Assembly: GCA_963851265.1 (NCBI GenBank)
Contig: CAWKNZ010000009.1
Location: 32,001-96,000 of the forward strand
Length of the DNA stretch: 64,000 nucleotides
DNA from: an uncultured Gemmatimonadales bacterium
GTDB taxonomy: Bacteria > Gemmatimonadota > Gemmatimonadetes > Gemmatimonadales > Gemmatimonadaceae
Direction: 5' to 3'
Each line of letters starts with the position of its first letter. The stretch's first letter is position 1. Below the pieces are notes generated by a model, which made no database searches, was not told the origin of the DNA, and saw nothing but the letters and a program-made list of their open reading frames with translations. The translations under genes and the position numbers were made by a program. Positions 10,000-20,800 of the stretch are shown here, in pieces.

Positions 10000-10016
10000 G
10001 GCAATGGTCGTTCCAC
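10000..10016 (-). promoter_or_regulatory. Putative sigma54 (-24/-12) promoter of iadA-cphB
   Basis: Minus strand reads GTGGAACGACCATTGCC (TGGAACG-N4-TTGC), about 40 nt upstream of the iadA start. Confidence 0.6.
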
Positions 10017-10091
10017 TCGCGTATCCGCGTCGCGGTCTCCGCGTGGTGCGCGCACCGTCGCTCGGCGCACGAATTCCACGGTAACAGGGCC

Positions 10092-10421
10092 ATGAAGGCG
10101 ACCATCTACGACCGGCTACAAGGCGACCGGGTCGCGCACGTGGTGCCGCCTGCGTACCGCGACGTGCTCCCGTCGCCGCTCGATCCGGCGGCCTCGTACT
10201 CGGTGCTGTTGTTCGCGCACACGGCCCGGGACGTCGTCCCCTCGGCTGCGGTGCGGCGTGCGCTCCGGCGGCTCGGCGCGCCGGCCGCGGGCGGCATTCT
10301 CGCGGTCGGTACCGTGTTCACCGCCGAGGCGCTCGCACTGCTCGCCGAGCAGGGCGCGCAGGTCGTCGCGCAGCGGAAGGGCCGGTGGACCGATCAGAGC
10401 GCGCGCGAGCGACAGCCGTGA
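10092..10421 (+). CDS. Hypothetical protein (109 aa)
   Basis: MKATIYDRLQGD...; GC3-biased codons; GTGA overlap with the next gene. Confidence 0.6.
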   Translation: MKATIYDRLQGDRVAHVVPPAYRDVLPSPLDPAASYSVLLFAHTARDVVPSAAVRRALRRLGAPAAGGILAVGTVFTAEALALLAEQGAQVVAQRKGRWTDQSARERQP

Positions 10422-10771
10422 GCCGCGGAGCAGCGGACGAGGACGCGGGACGCGCGAACGTCGGCCATGCGCGAGGCGGACCCTGGCTGACCTACCGGTA
10501 CCGCTTCGCCGACGCGGCCGGGGCCGAGGCGAGCGGGACGATGAAAGCTCCTTCGTTCCTGAGCGCGGCGCGGCGCATTCTCGCGCGACGGCTGACCGGT
10601 GCGCTCGGACCCGAGCCCGCATACCTCCGACTCCGCGCCGCCGGCGAGGACGAGGTGCTGCTGCGCGTCGTGCAGACCCCGGCGGACGCTCCCGACGCGC
10701 CGCGTCTCGAGGTCGTGCCGGCGGACACGTACCGCTTCGTGTCGCACGGTCCTGCTTCCCCGGGCAGTTAG
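10418..10771 (+). CDS. Hypothetical protein
   Basis: GTG overlaps the upstream stop. PWLTYRYRF...LEVVPADTYRFV reads as protein-like. Confidence 0.55.
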   Translation: MSRGAADEDAGRANVGHARGGPWLTYRYRFADAAGAEASGTMKAPSFLSAARRILARRLTGALGPEPAYLRLRAAGEDEVLLRVVQTPADAPDAPRLEVVPADTYRFVSHGPASPGS

Positions 10772-10797
10772 ACGCGTCGCGTGCGGGTCGCCTCGAC

Positions 10798-10843
10798 CGC
10801 GTCGCCTCCAGCGCGTCGCCTCCAGCGCGTCGCCTCCAGCGCG
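10798..10843. repeat. Intergenic tandem repeat (CGCGTCGCCTCCAG)x3
   Basis: Three perfect 14-bp units plus a partial fourth, upstream of the M48 gene. Confidence 0.9.
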
Positions 10844-10943
10844 GTGACGCGCGTGTAGCGACCGATGCGGAGCGAGGCACGTAGCTTGTCGGGTGCGTGC
10901 GCGATCCCGCGCTCGTCCGTCCGCGTCTCGAGTCCCTACCCCG

Positions 10944-11819
10944 ATGTTCGAACACCGGCCGCGCCGTGCGTCGGCGCTCGCCGTTCGTTGGTGCGCGGCC
11001 CTTGCCCTCGCGGCGTCCGTCCTCGCGGCGTGCAGTCCCGTGTCACAGGATCAGGAGGTCCAGCTCGGCGCCCAATCCGCGCAGCAGATCAGCGCGCAGC
11101 TGCCGATCCTGACCGATCCGCTCGTCACCGCGTACGTGGACAGCCTCGGCCGCGCGATCGCACGGCACACGGCCCGGGCCGACCTCGACTGGCACTTCGC
11201 CGTGGTGAACACCGACGTCGTGAACGCGTTCGCCCTGCCCGGCGGCTACGTGTACGTCAACCGCGGCGTGCTCGCGCGGGCGACCACGATGAGCGAACTG
11301 GCCGGCGTGCTCGGGCACGAGATCGAGCACGTGGTGAGGCGACACTCGGTGCGTCAGATGCAGCAGACCCAGGAGGCCCAGACCGGCGTGGCGGTCGTGT
11401 GCATGCTCACGAAGGTCTGCACGCACGCGGCCGCGCAGGTCGGCATCAACCTCGCGGGCACGCTCGCGTTCGCGCGGTTCAGTCGGGCCGACGAATCGCA
11501 GGCCGACTCGGGCGGGTTCCAGAACGTGATCCGCGCCGGCATCGACCCGACCGGCATGCTCACCTTCTTCCAGACGCTCGCCGCGACGGAGCAGGCGGCG
11601 GGCGGCGGCCCGTCGCTCGTCTCCGCATGGTTCACCGACCACCCGGGCACGCAGCAGCGGATCGACGACATCCAGCGGATGCTCGCTACCCTGCCCCCCG
11701 GCGCGCGAGCCACCCTCGCGCGGGATGATCCGGCGTATCAGGACGTCCGCGCCCGGCTGCGCACGTTGCCGGCTCCCCCCGCGCCGGTCGACTCGACGCG
11801 CGCCGATGCGTCACGGTGA
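10944..11819 (+). CDS. M48 family (BepA/YfgC-like) zinc metalloprotease, lipoprotein
   Basis: Lipobox LAAC, VNAFALPGG, ELAGVLGHEIEH (HExxH), ESQAD, TDHP. Confidence 0.88.
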   Translation: MFEHRPRRASALAVRWCAALALAASVLAACSPVSQDQEVQLGAQSAQQISAQLPILTDPLVTAYVDSLGRAIARHTARADLDWHFAVVNTDVVNAFALPGGYVYVNRGVLARATTMSELAGVLGHEIEHVVRRHSVRQMQQTQEAQTGVAVVCMLTKVCTHAAAQVGINLAGTLAFARFSRADESQADSGGFQNVIRAGIDPTGMLTFFQTLAATEQAAGGGPSLVSAWFTDHPGTQQRIDDIQRMLATLPPGARATLARDDPAYQDVRARLRTLPAPPAPVDSTRADASR

Positions 11820-11916
11820 CCACCCGCGTCGCGATCTGCTCCGCGGCCCGACGCGCCGCGCTGGACCATGCCCGACGCGGTGCGTTGAACCAGAGGCGCG
11901 TTACACGACGGGCGCC

Positions 11917-12924
11917 TTACACCACCCAGGGCTGGGGCACCCACGCGTAGCCTCCACCTTCCGCGCGGACGTGGCCCAGACCGGGGAACGGCAGGTGGTA
12001 GCCCATGACCCGCGTGCGGCCGGCCGCGGCCTCGGCGAACAGCGCCCGCCGCGTGGTGACCGCCTGCGCCGGATGCGTGTCGAACGCCATCGTCCACTCG
12101 GGGCGCGCGAACTGGATCGCGTACTGGTGCACGGCGTCGCCGACGTGGAGTAGGGTCTCGCCGCCGACGGTGATGCGCACGGCCTGATGGCCGGGCGTGT
12201 GGCCCGGGGTCGGGACGTACGTCACCCCGGGAACCAGGGTGGTCCCGGCCGCGGCGCGCTCGAGCCGGGAGCCCACGCCGCCGAGGAACTTGCGCGCGGT
12301 GGCCGTGGCCTGGGTGCGGCCTGCGGGGGGCACGCGTGATCCGGTCCAGTCCTGCCGGTCGCTCGCCCAGAACGCCGCCTCGTCGGCCGCGACCAGCACG
12401 CGCGCGCCCGGGAAGGCCGGCGCGCCGTCGGCCCCCAGCAGGCCCGCCACGTGGTCGCCGTGGGCGTGCGTGATCACGACGGCCGCGATGTCGGCAGGTG
12501 CGACGCCGACCCGCGCCAGGCCGCGCGTCAGGCGGCCCGCCGTGGGGCCGAGCGCCGTGCCTCCGCCGGCATCGATCAGGACCGGCCCGCCGGGCAGCTT
12601 GACGAGCAGGACGTTCAGGCTGAGCGCAACGTGATCGGTCGGGAGGTACGCGTCCCGGAGCAGCTGCGCGACCTCCGCCGCGGGTGCTTCGGGCGCGATG
12701 ATCGACTGCACACCCGGGACGGTGAAGACGCCGTCGTGGATCACGAACGCGTCCGCGCCGCCCAACTGAAACGCGTAGACGTCCGGCTCGGCCGCCTCGG
12801 GCGGGGTGGCGGACGGATGTGGCGTGCGGGGCGCGGCGAAGGCAGGTCCCGCGGCAGCGGTTCCGGCGAGGAGGGCGGTGCCAGCGGCCGCGTGTCGAAG
12901 CAGGTCGCGTCGTGTGATCGTCAT
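11917..12924 (-). CDS. Tat-exported MBL-fold metallohydrolase (MPH/AHL-lactonase-like)
   Basis: TRRDLL Tat signal, THAHGDH, TPGHTPGH, GDAVH, YHLPFPGLG. Confidence 0.88.
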   Translation of the reverse strand: MTITRRDLLRHAAAGTALLAGTAAAGPAFAAPRTPHPSATPPEAAEPDVYAFQLGGADAFVIHDGVFTVPGVQSIIAPEAPAAEVAQLLRDAYLPTDHVALSLNVLLVKLPGGPVLIDAGGGTALGPTAGRLTRGLARVGVAPADIAAVVITHAHGDHVAGLLGADGAPAFPGARVLVAADEAAFWASDRQDWTGSRVPPAGRTQATATARKFLGGVGSRLERAAAGTTLVPGVTYVPTPGHTPGHQAVRITVGGETLLHVGDAVHQYAIQFARPEWTMAFDTHPAQAVTTRRALFAEAAAGRTRVMGYHLPFPGLGHVRAEGGGYAWVPQPWVV

Positions 12925-13192
12925 CGGTCGAGTGTCGGGGACCAGGGTGTCGGGCGCCGCTGTGTCAGGGGTCGAAGCGGTCGTAGATCGGCACTCAACG
13001 TTACACCGCGCGGATTGGTGCGCGGGTCGGGCGCGTAGCCGACGCGGCGGCGACCACGCGCGCGGCGGAGGTACGATCCGTACCCCTTGCGACCACTGGT
13101 TCGACCGGCGGGTGGGCCCGGCCGCTCGAGGATCCGCGAGCCGAGCACCCGGCGTCTCGCAGGACGGGGCGGGTGCGACCGCGTGGATACCG

Positions 13193-13999
13193 TTAGGCCG
13201 CTCGCGGGTCGCCGGCGAGGTACGTCCCCAACGCCTGCCGCACCGCGTCCGACGTACGCGCCCCGGCCACGCCGTCGACCTTCACGAACACGCCGGGGAG
13301 CGTGTTCAACCAGCGCTGCAGGGCCTCGGCCCGCTCGGCAACCGCGGGATCGGCGGGGCGTGCGGTCGCGTAGGGTACGAGCGGCGGCGCGCCCGCGGTC
13401 GGGGCCTGCTGGTCGGGGAACTCCATCACGGCGCGCTCGGCGAGCCGTCGCAGCAGCACCGCCGCCCCGCACTGCGTCGAGCGCGCCGTGGCCGACCACG
13501 TGCCGTCGGCCACGTACTTGCCGCTGTCGTACCAGTCGGAGAAGCTCCACAGGTACGGCGTGCGGACCTCGGGGTGGTACAGCCGGTAGCCGAACCCGTT
13601 GTATCCCTCGACGTGGTAGAGCGTGTCGGAGAGCCCCCACCCGCTTCCCGCGTTCAGCCCGCGGCACGCGAGCGCGTCGCCGGCGCTCGCCTCCCAGGTG
13701 AACGGCGGACTTCCGTTGGTCGGCCTCCCTTCCGGCACGTGCGCCGTGCGCGCCGTGAGCGGGTCGCCGTTGTGGAGGTGGCACCTGAAGCTGCGGTCCG
13801 ACTCCATGTTGTGGATCACCGCGACGACGTACCACGGCACGCCGGTCGTGGCCTGCACGGCCTCGTAGCGCGCGCGGTCGGCGAGGATGCCGTCGCACAC
13901 GCGGTCGACTTCCGCGGCGTGCTCCGGGCGCGGCTGACATCCGTTGAACAGCGCCTCGTACTCGTCGCCGAGGGTGGCGGTGAACGCGACGGTGGACAC
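13193..13999 (-). CDS. Lysozyme-family protein with C-terminal peptidoglycan-binding domain
   Basis: VPWYVVAVIHNMES, HLHNGDPL, EGYNGFGYR, PYLWS, GKYVADG; PG-binding LQRWLN...VDGVAGART. AAGGAGG RBS precedes the GTG. No signal peptide. Confidence 0.82.
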   Translation of the reverse strand: MSTVAFTATLGDEYEALFNGCQPRPEHAAEVDRVCDGILADRARYEAVQATTGVPWYVVAVIHNMESDRSFRCHLHNGDPLTARTAHVPEGRPTNGSPPFTWEASAGDALACRGLNAGSGWGLSDTLYHVEGYNGFGYRLYHPEVRTPYLWSFSDWYDSGKYVADGTWSATARSTQCGAAVLLRRLAERAVMEFPDQQAPTAGAPPLVPYATARPADPAVAERAEALQRWLNTLPGVFVKVDGVAGARTSDAVRQALGTYLAGDPRAA

Positions 14000-14084
14000 G
14001 GGATTGATCCTCCTTGGGGCGGGCGGGGAGGTGCGAAGCGGGCGAAGCGCGCGGAAGGCGCGGAGCTGCCGACCGCGGATGTGC

Positions 14085-15446
14085 CTAACGCAGCGTCGTC
14101 ACCTGCCAGTGCACGAGGTCCGGGTACTTCGCCGTGGCGTCCACCGGGCGCTCGGCGACCATCTGGTCGACCGCGGCCGCGAACGACTGCTGCATGGCGT
14201 CCGTCGGCGGGGCGGGCGTGCCGAGTTCGGCCGTCGGCGAGAGCGGGAGCGCGGGAGCGGGCGGGGGCGGCGCCGGGCGCGGCGTGCTTCGCGTCAGCGC
14301 CGCCGACACGCTCGCGATCCCCTGCGCCCGCCGCGCGTCGACGCTGTCGGAGTACGGCGTGCCGGGCGCGCCGAAGCGCTCGGCGAGGAATTGCAACACC
14401 GACGTGTGGTCGAGCGGCGCGTGGCAGACGCTCGCGGCGTCGACCAGCGGGGAGAGCACCACCGCCGGCACGCGCGGCCCCGTGCTCTCGAACACCCCCC
14501 CGGGCGCGCCCGCGACCGGCTGCCGCACGGGGAGCGGCGGGACGTGGTCCCAGAAGCCGCCGTGCTCGTCGTACGACACGACCATCACCGTCGTCGCCCA
14601 GCGCGCCGGATTGCCGACGAACGCGGCGTACGTGCGCCGGAGGAACGCCTCGCCGAAGCCCACCGGGAGCGGCGCGTGGTCGTCGTTCCCGTGGCGGCCT
14701 AACATCCGCTCGATCGAGTCGTACGCCGGCTCGACGACGATCACCTGCGGGAAGGTCGCGTCCGGCTCGGTGAGCACGTCGAGCGCGAGGCGGCTCGTCG
14801 GGGCGAAGTTCGGGCCGAAGACGTGGCCGAGCTGCCCCGTGTAGAGCGTGAAGAACGAGAAGCTCTCGTGGTACACGCGCCAGCGCACGCCCCGCGCCGT
14901 GAGCCAGTCGAGCACCGTCGGCCCCGCGTCGATCACCCCGGTGCCGGTGGTCGCGATCGGGCTCGCGCCGGTGAGCGCCATCGTCTTGTTGGGCTGCGTG
15001 CTCGTCGGCAGCGGCGCGAACCAGCGGTCGCACGTGCAGTAGCTGCGCGCGAAGAAGCTCGTCACCGGGACGTGGTCGGCTCGAACGAACGCCATCGGCT
15101 CGGCCTGGCTGCTCGCCACGCGGCAGCCGTCGGCCCTCGCGTACGCCTCGACGAATCCGTTCATCTCGTAGCGCCCCGTGACGTCGGACTTCGCGAGCTG
15201 CGTCGTGACGGCACCGGCTTCGTGCGGCAGGTCGCAGGAGAGCGTGCCGTCGTCGACCATCGGCCACGGGTGGTAGAGCGCGCCGTCGAGCGGATTCGCG
15301 TACCGGTCGCTCGCGAGCGGTTGCGTGAGGCCGTCGACGCCGGGTACCAGCCCGTCGAGGCTCAGGTGCCCGAGCATGTGGTCAAACGAGCGGTTCTCCA
15401 TCATCACGAGCACGACCGTCTGCACCAGCGTGCGTAGCTCCGGCAT
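14085..15446 (-). CDS. Phospholipase C / AcpA phosphoesterase family protein (no signal peptide)
   Basis: VVLVMMENRSFDH, TSTQPN, DDHAP, YDEHGGFWDHVPP, GPRVP, DHTSVL. ATG is coupled to the upstream stop (TGATG). Confidence 0.87.
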   Translation of the reverse strand: MPELRTLVQTVVLVMMENRSFDHMLGHLSLDGLVPGVDGLTQPLASDRYANPLDGALYHPWPMVDDGTLSCDLPHEAGAVTTQLAKSDVTGRYEMNGFVEAYARADGCRVASSQAEPMAFVRADHVPVTSFFARSYCTCDRWFAPLPTSTQPNKTMALTGASPIATTGTGVIDAGPTVLDWLTARGVRWRVYHESFSFFTLYTGQLGHVFGPNFAPTSRLALDVLTEPDATFPQVIVVEPAYDSIERMLGRHGNDDHAPLPVGFGEAFLRRTYAAFVGNPARWATTVMVVSYDEHGGFWDHVPPLPVRQPVAGAPGGVFESTGPRVPAVVLSPLVDAASVCHAPLDHTSVLQFLAERFGAPGTPYSDSVDARRAQGIASVSAALTRSTPRPAPPPPAPALPLSPTAELGTPAPPTDAMQQSFAAAVDQMVAERPVDATAKYPDLVHWQVTTLR

Positions 15447-16213
15447 CAGTTTCCCCCGGGATTGCAGGTGGCAGTGACCACGGCAGACAGCAACGCCGGC
15501 GGCGGGTGCTGCGGGTCGCCGATGATCTCGCCCTGCGCCAGGGCGGCGCGGAGCGTCCACGATCCGGCCACTGAAAGCCCCGTGAATGCGACGGACGGCG
15601 CGCCGCCGGCGCTGACCACCGCGTCGCGCCCGCCGTGCGAGACGGTCAGCGCGCGCCCCGCCGCCGCCACGCCGGCGACGCGCAGGTAGGCGGGCGCCTG
15701 GTCGTTCGGCACGGCGAACGTCGCCACGACACTGTCGCGCCCGAGCGGGGCCGTGCGCCCGCCGACGGGGCGCGTGAGGCGACCCGACGCGACCACCACC
15801 TCGGTCGGCGCGGACGCCGCGGTCCGCCCGAACCGCTCGGCCGTGAGGCGAAGGCGCACCGTGTCGGCGCGGCCGAGCGAGTCGGACGCCGCGCCGGGGT
15901 AGACGCGCATCGCGAGCGACGTCGCGCCGCGCGCGTTCCACCGGATCGGGATGGAGTCGCCGGCGCACACCACGCGCGGCGGCGGCACCAACTCGGCCTT
16001 CACGCAGCCGAGCGCGGGGGCGGCTGCGAGGGCGGTCGACACGGCGATGGGGATACGCGACGCGCGACACGCCGTCGCCGGGACCCGGATGTAACGGCCG
16101 GTCGGCGGGGCCGCGTCGTCGCGTTCACCCGTGGCACGCGAGGCATGCGTGGCGCGCGTGGCGCGCGTGGCGCGCACGTGGTCGGCGGCGCCGTGGCTGT
16201 TTGTGTCAGGCAC
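15446..16213 (-). CDS. Hypothetical protein, possible lipoprotein
   Basis: Overlaps both neighbours. Hydrophobic stretch ending ALGC, then a beta-rich domain. Confidence 0.6.
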   Translation of the reverse strand: MPDTNSHGAADHVRATRATRATHASRATGERDDAAPPTGRYIRVPATACRASRIPIAVSTALAAAPALGCVKAELVPPPRVVCAGDSIPIRWNARGATSLAMRVYPGAASDSLGRADTVRLRLTAERFGRTAASAPTEVVVASGRLTRPVGGRTAPLGRDSVVATFAVPNDQAPAYLRVAGVAAAGRALTVSHGGRDAVVSAGGAPSVAFTGLSVAGSWTLRAALAQGEIIGDPQHPPPALLSAVVTATCNPGGN

Positions 16214-17291
16214 TCGCCTGTCCGCCCCCGGCCGGCGACGCGGCCGCGACCGGCGTGCGACGCGGCTCCGGTCGCTGCCGATCGTCCGACGCCTCCTCGG
16301 GACTCTTCTCGTGCGGCTTCACGGTCGAGCGGATGACCATGAACTTGTTCAGCAGGTCGAACCAGAACGGGGCGCCGAACGAGACGGCGCACGCGGTGAG
16401 CAGCCACCCGACGATCGCAAGCGCGACGTCGGCCGGCGTCGCGGTGATCGACGCACGTGGCGACGCGGGCCCGCCCCCGAAGTGCTGGCGGGCGCCCACG
16501 ACGCCGGCCGCCCATCCGGCCTGCCAGCCGAGTGGGAGATCCAGTGTGTCGAGTTGGGCCACGACGTCCCCGAGCTTCGCCCGCAAGGCCGCCGAGTCCC
16601 GCGCGGTGCCGGTCGCGCTCGCGACGAGCGCCGCACGCGCGCCCTGGTCGTGGTAGAGGTACCGCGCGATCGTCACCGCGTTGGCGTTGACGGCGACGGC
16701 CGTCAGCAGCCCGAGTGCGAACAGGACCGCCTGGGTGCGTCGCTTGTACCACCCCGAGACCCGGTCCATACTCGCGTTGTACCAAGCCTCGACGTTCGCC
16801 CGCGCGCGGTCGAGATCGTCCTCGGCCATGTCGAGCGCGGAAAGCAGCGCACGCTGCACCGGCGGCACTCCGATCTTGGCGATTCCCGACCGCAGGTTGT
16901 CGACCGTGATCCGCGAGCTGTGCGCGTCCGCGGTGCCGCCGTCCTTCGCGTCGAGCCCGCGTGCGACGAGGTCGAACATGGCGACGGCGAAGTTCCCCGC
17001 CGGGATGTACGTCGGAAGATTGGTCGTCGCGAACGCGCCGCGGCTGGTGACCGTCGCCGGATCGTACTCGCCCTGATACAACCCGTACACCGACGGATGA
17101 TTGTACAGCGCGTTGACGAGGTGCGCTCCCGTCGCGTCGTGCAGCAGCTGCCGGAGGCCCTGCTCGAGGTACACCGCGCGCGTCTTGAACCACGCCTCCG
17201 CGAGCTCGCGGATCGCCGAACAGATGAGGCTCACGACGAGAAACACGAACACGAGACCGATCGCGACGTCGAGAATCTCCGAGCCGAACAT
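16206..17291 (-). CDS. Hypothetical membrane protein (about 3 TM segments)
   Basis: N-terminal TM (ILDVAIGLVFVFLVVSLICSAI), WYNASMDRVSGWYKR then a TM, LPLGW, GWLLTACAVSFGAPFWFDLLNK. Confidence 0.8.
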   Translation of the reverse strand: MFGSEILDVAIGLVFVFLVVSLICSAIRELAEAWFKTRAVYLEQGLRQLLHDATGAHLVNALYNHPSVYGLYQGEYDPATVTSRGAFATTNLPTYIPAGNFAVAMFDLVARGLDAKDGGTADAHSSRITVDNLRSGIAKIGVPPVQRALLSALDMAEDDLDRARANVEAWYNASMDRVSGWYKRRTQAVLFALGLLTAVAVNANAVTIARYLYHDQGARAALVASATGTARDSAALRAKLGDVVAQLDTLDLPLGWQAGWAAGVVGARQHFGGGPASPRASITATPADVALAIVGWLLTACAVSFGAPFWFDLLNKFMVIRSTVKPHEKSPEEASDDRQRPEPRRTPVAAASPAGGGQASA

Positions 17292-17803
17292 CGTGTCCCC
17301 CGGGTGTGGGCTTCCGGACGCCGGACGACCTGGCGCGCCGTCGCGCCGTCCGGATGGTCCGGTACGCGAGACGGCCACCGCCTAACCAACGGCGGCGGGT
17401 CGGGGGCGCCGAGCTGCCGGCGAGTGAAACGCCTCCATAGTGCCCGGCGCTATAGTGCTACACGCGATAAATTCGTGCAAGCCGCGGAAACGCATGAGTG
17501 CGATCGCGCCGTTGCGCGACGATGTCCGGGCGACTCGGCGGCCGCTCGCGGCGTGCGTCGGGCCGAGCCGCTGCTTCCGGCGTACCCCGAGCAACCCGAA
17601 CGCGTGACAGATTCGCGACCGCCGCGCAGCCGTTCGGTGACAATGGTGGCGTACGCTGGCGCCGATGGCCTCCCGGCGGGGCGCGCCGGTCGGCCGGTTC
17701 GCCGACGTGTGCGCACGGTCCGCCCCGTTCCCCGCGTCCGCGGGCGCCGCCGTGCGGGCGGTCGCGCGCGTCGCCCCGTCCCACGCCCCGAACACCATCC
17801 CCC

Positions 17804-20800
17804 ATGCGCCTAACGTTCTGGCCGGCCGCGGCCGGCGCCCTCGCACTCGCCGCCGCGGTCCCGTCGCGCGCGCAGATCACGACCACGGCGTCGCTCGCGG
17901 GCCGCGTGACCGTCGCGGCCGGCGCCGCGCCGCTCGGCTCCGCGCAGGTCGTCGCCGTGCACCGCCCGTCGGGCACGACGTACCGCGGGACGACGCGCGC
18001 CGACGGCCGCTTCACGATCCAGGGGATGCGCGTCGGGGGGCCGTATCAGGTCACCGTGCGGGCCCTCGGGTACGCGCCGACGGTCCGCGACAACGTCACG
18101 CTCGACCTCGGGACGGAGGTCGACCTCGCGTTCGTGCTGTCCCCCGTCGCGGCGCGCCTCACGACCGTCGAGGTGCAGGCGACGACCGCCGGCGCGCTCG
18201 ACGCGGCCCGGACGGGTGCCGCCACGAACGTCGAGCGCGCGACGATCGCGACGCTGCCGACCATCAGCCGCACCATCAACGACTTCACGCGCCTGACGCC
18301 GCAGGCGTCCTCGTCGGGCAACTCGTTCGCGGGGCAGGACTCGCGGTTCAACAACACGACCGTCGACGGCGCGTTCTTCAACAACAACTTCGGCCTCGGC
18401 ACCGGCCAGCCCGGCGGGCGGACCAACGTCGCGCCGATCCCGCTCGACGCGATCGACCAGATCCAGGTGAACGTGGCGCCGTACGACGTGCGGCAGGGCT
18501 ACTTCACCGGGGCGGGCGTGAACGCGGTCACGCGCAGCGGGACCAACAACATCGAGGGCTCGCTCTACTACTTCGGGCGCAACCAGAGCTTCGTGGGTCG
18601 CGAGGCGGCCGGCCAGCGCTTCGACCCGGGCACGTTCAAGTTCGGGCAGGGCGGCGCGCGCCTCGGCGGACCGATCCTGCGCGACCGGCTGTTCTTCTTC
18701 GCCAACTACGAGGACGACCGCCAGACGCAGCCCGGCAACACCTACCTCCCGAGCGCCGCCGGCCAGACCGCGGGCGGCAACACCACGCGCGTGCTCTCGA
18801 CCGACGTGCAGCGCGTGAGCGACTTCCTGCTGCAGAAGTTCAACTACCAGACGGGCCCCGTCACGGGCTACAGCGCCGCGACGCCGTCGCGGCGGTTCCT
18901 CGGCAAGCTCGACTTCAACGCGAACGACCAGAACAAGCTCAGCCTGCGCTACATCGCGCTCAACTCGTCGTCCGACTTCCCGGCGTCGAATTCCAACTCG
19001 TTAGGCTTCGGCAACCGGCGGAGCAACCTCACGTCGCTGAGCTACGCCAACTCGGGCTACTCGATCGACGAGAACATCCGGTCGGTCGTCGGCGAGTGGA
19101 ATTCGCAGCTCGCGGGCGGGCGGTTCGCGAACAACTTCATCGGCGGGTACACGAGCAACGACGAGAGCCGCGGCTACAAGGGTGCGATCTTCCCGACGGT
19201 CGACATCCTGCAGCAGGGGACCACGTACCTGAACTTCGGGTTCGAGCCGTTCACGCCCGACAACCAGCTGCGCTACAACACGTTCCAGCTCCAGGACAAC
19301 GTGACGGCGTACGCCGGCGCGCACGAGCTCACCGTCGGCGCGCAGTTCGAGCGCTACCACTCGGAGAACGTCTTCTTCCCGGGCTCGCAGAGCGTCTACG
19401 TCTACAACTCGATCGACGACTTCTTCGCCGACGCCAACGGCTACCTGGCGAACCCCAACCGCACGACGTCGCCGGTGAGCGTGCGGCGGTTCCAGGTCCG
19501 CTACAACAACATCCCCGGGCAGGCCGAGCCGCTGCAGCCGCTTCGCGTGCAGACGTACGGCGCGTACGCGCAGGACCAGTGGCGCGCGGCCCCCGGACTG
19601 CAGCTGACGCTCGGGGTGCGCGTCGACGTGCCGAAGTTCCAGCCGACGGGCTTCATCAACCCGCAGGCCAACGCCCTCACCTTCCGCGACGACGCCGGTG
19701 CGGCGGTGCAGTACCAGACGCAGAAGCTCCCCGACGCCAACGTGCTGTTCTCGCCCCGGCTCGGCTTCAACTGGGACGTGCGCGGCGACCGCTCGACGCA
19801 GCTCCGCGGGGGCACCGGCATCTTCAGCGGGCAGCCCGCGTACGTCTGGATCTCGAACCAGATCGGGCAGAACGGCATCCAGACCGGGTTCGACCAGTTC
19901 GACAACACCACGGCGCGCCCGTTCAACCCCAACCCCGACGCGTACAAGCCCGCGACGGTGACCGGGGCGCCGGCGGCCTCGTACGAGCTCGACTTCACCG
20001 ACCCGCGCTTCAAGTTCCCGCAGCAGTGGCGGAGCAGCGTCGCGGTCGACCAGCGGCTGCCCGGTGGCGTGGTCGCGACGGGCGAGTTCCTCTACGGGCG
20101 CGACGTCAACGGCGTGTACTACATCAACGCCAACCTGCCGGCGCCGCAGGGCAAGTTCACCGGCGCGGACCAACGACCGCGCTGGCTGGCGACGACGCCG
20201 GGCGTCAACCCGACGCGCATCAACCAGAACATCACCGCGGCGTACGTGCTCAAGAACGAGAACGTCGGCCGCAACTACGACGCCGCGGTCTCGCTCGAGA
20301 AGTCGTTCCGGGCGGGCGTGTACGTGAAGGCCGGTTACAACTACGCCGTCGCGAAGAACACGATCGACCCCGGCTCGATCGCCTCGGGGAGCTGGAGCGG
20401 CAACCCGGTCGCCCGCGATCCGAACAACCCGGGGCTCGGGTACTCGCAGTACTCGCCGGGGAGCCGCGCCTTCCTCGCGGTCTCGCTCCGCCGCGAATAC
20501 TTCCGCTTCGGCGCCACGACGCTCTCGATCTTCGGGGACTACTCCACGCAGGGCAATGCGAGCTACGTGTTCGGCGGCGACCTGAACGGCGACGGCGCGG
20601 TCGGCAACGACCTGATCTACGTCCCGCGCGACCGCTCGGAGATGAACTTCGCGCCGATCGCCGCGACGGCCTCCGCGCCCGCCTTCACCGTGCAGCAGCA
20701 GCAGGACGCGTGGGAGCACTACATCACCCAGGACGCGTACCTGCGCGGACGCCGCGGCCAGTACGCCGAGCGGAACGCGGTGTTCCTGCCGATGGTGTTC

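Noticed and set aside
13193..13999. Prophage marked by the lysozyme
   Set aside because: No integrase, structural or packaging genes are present in the window.
17400..17800. Riboswitch upstream of the TonB receptor
   Set aside because: No cobalamin or TPP consensus elements were recognisable. An Rfam scan would settle it.
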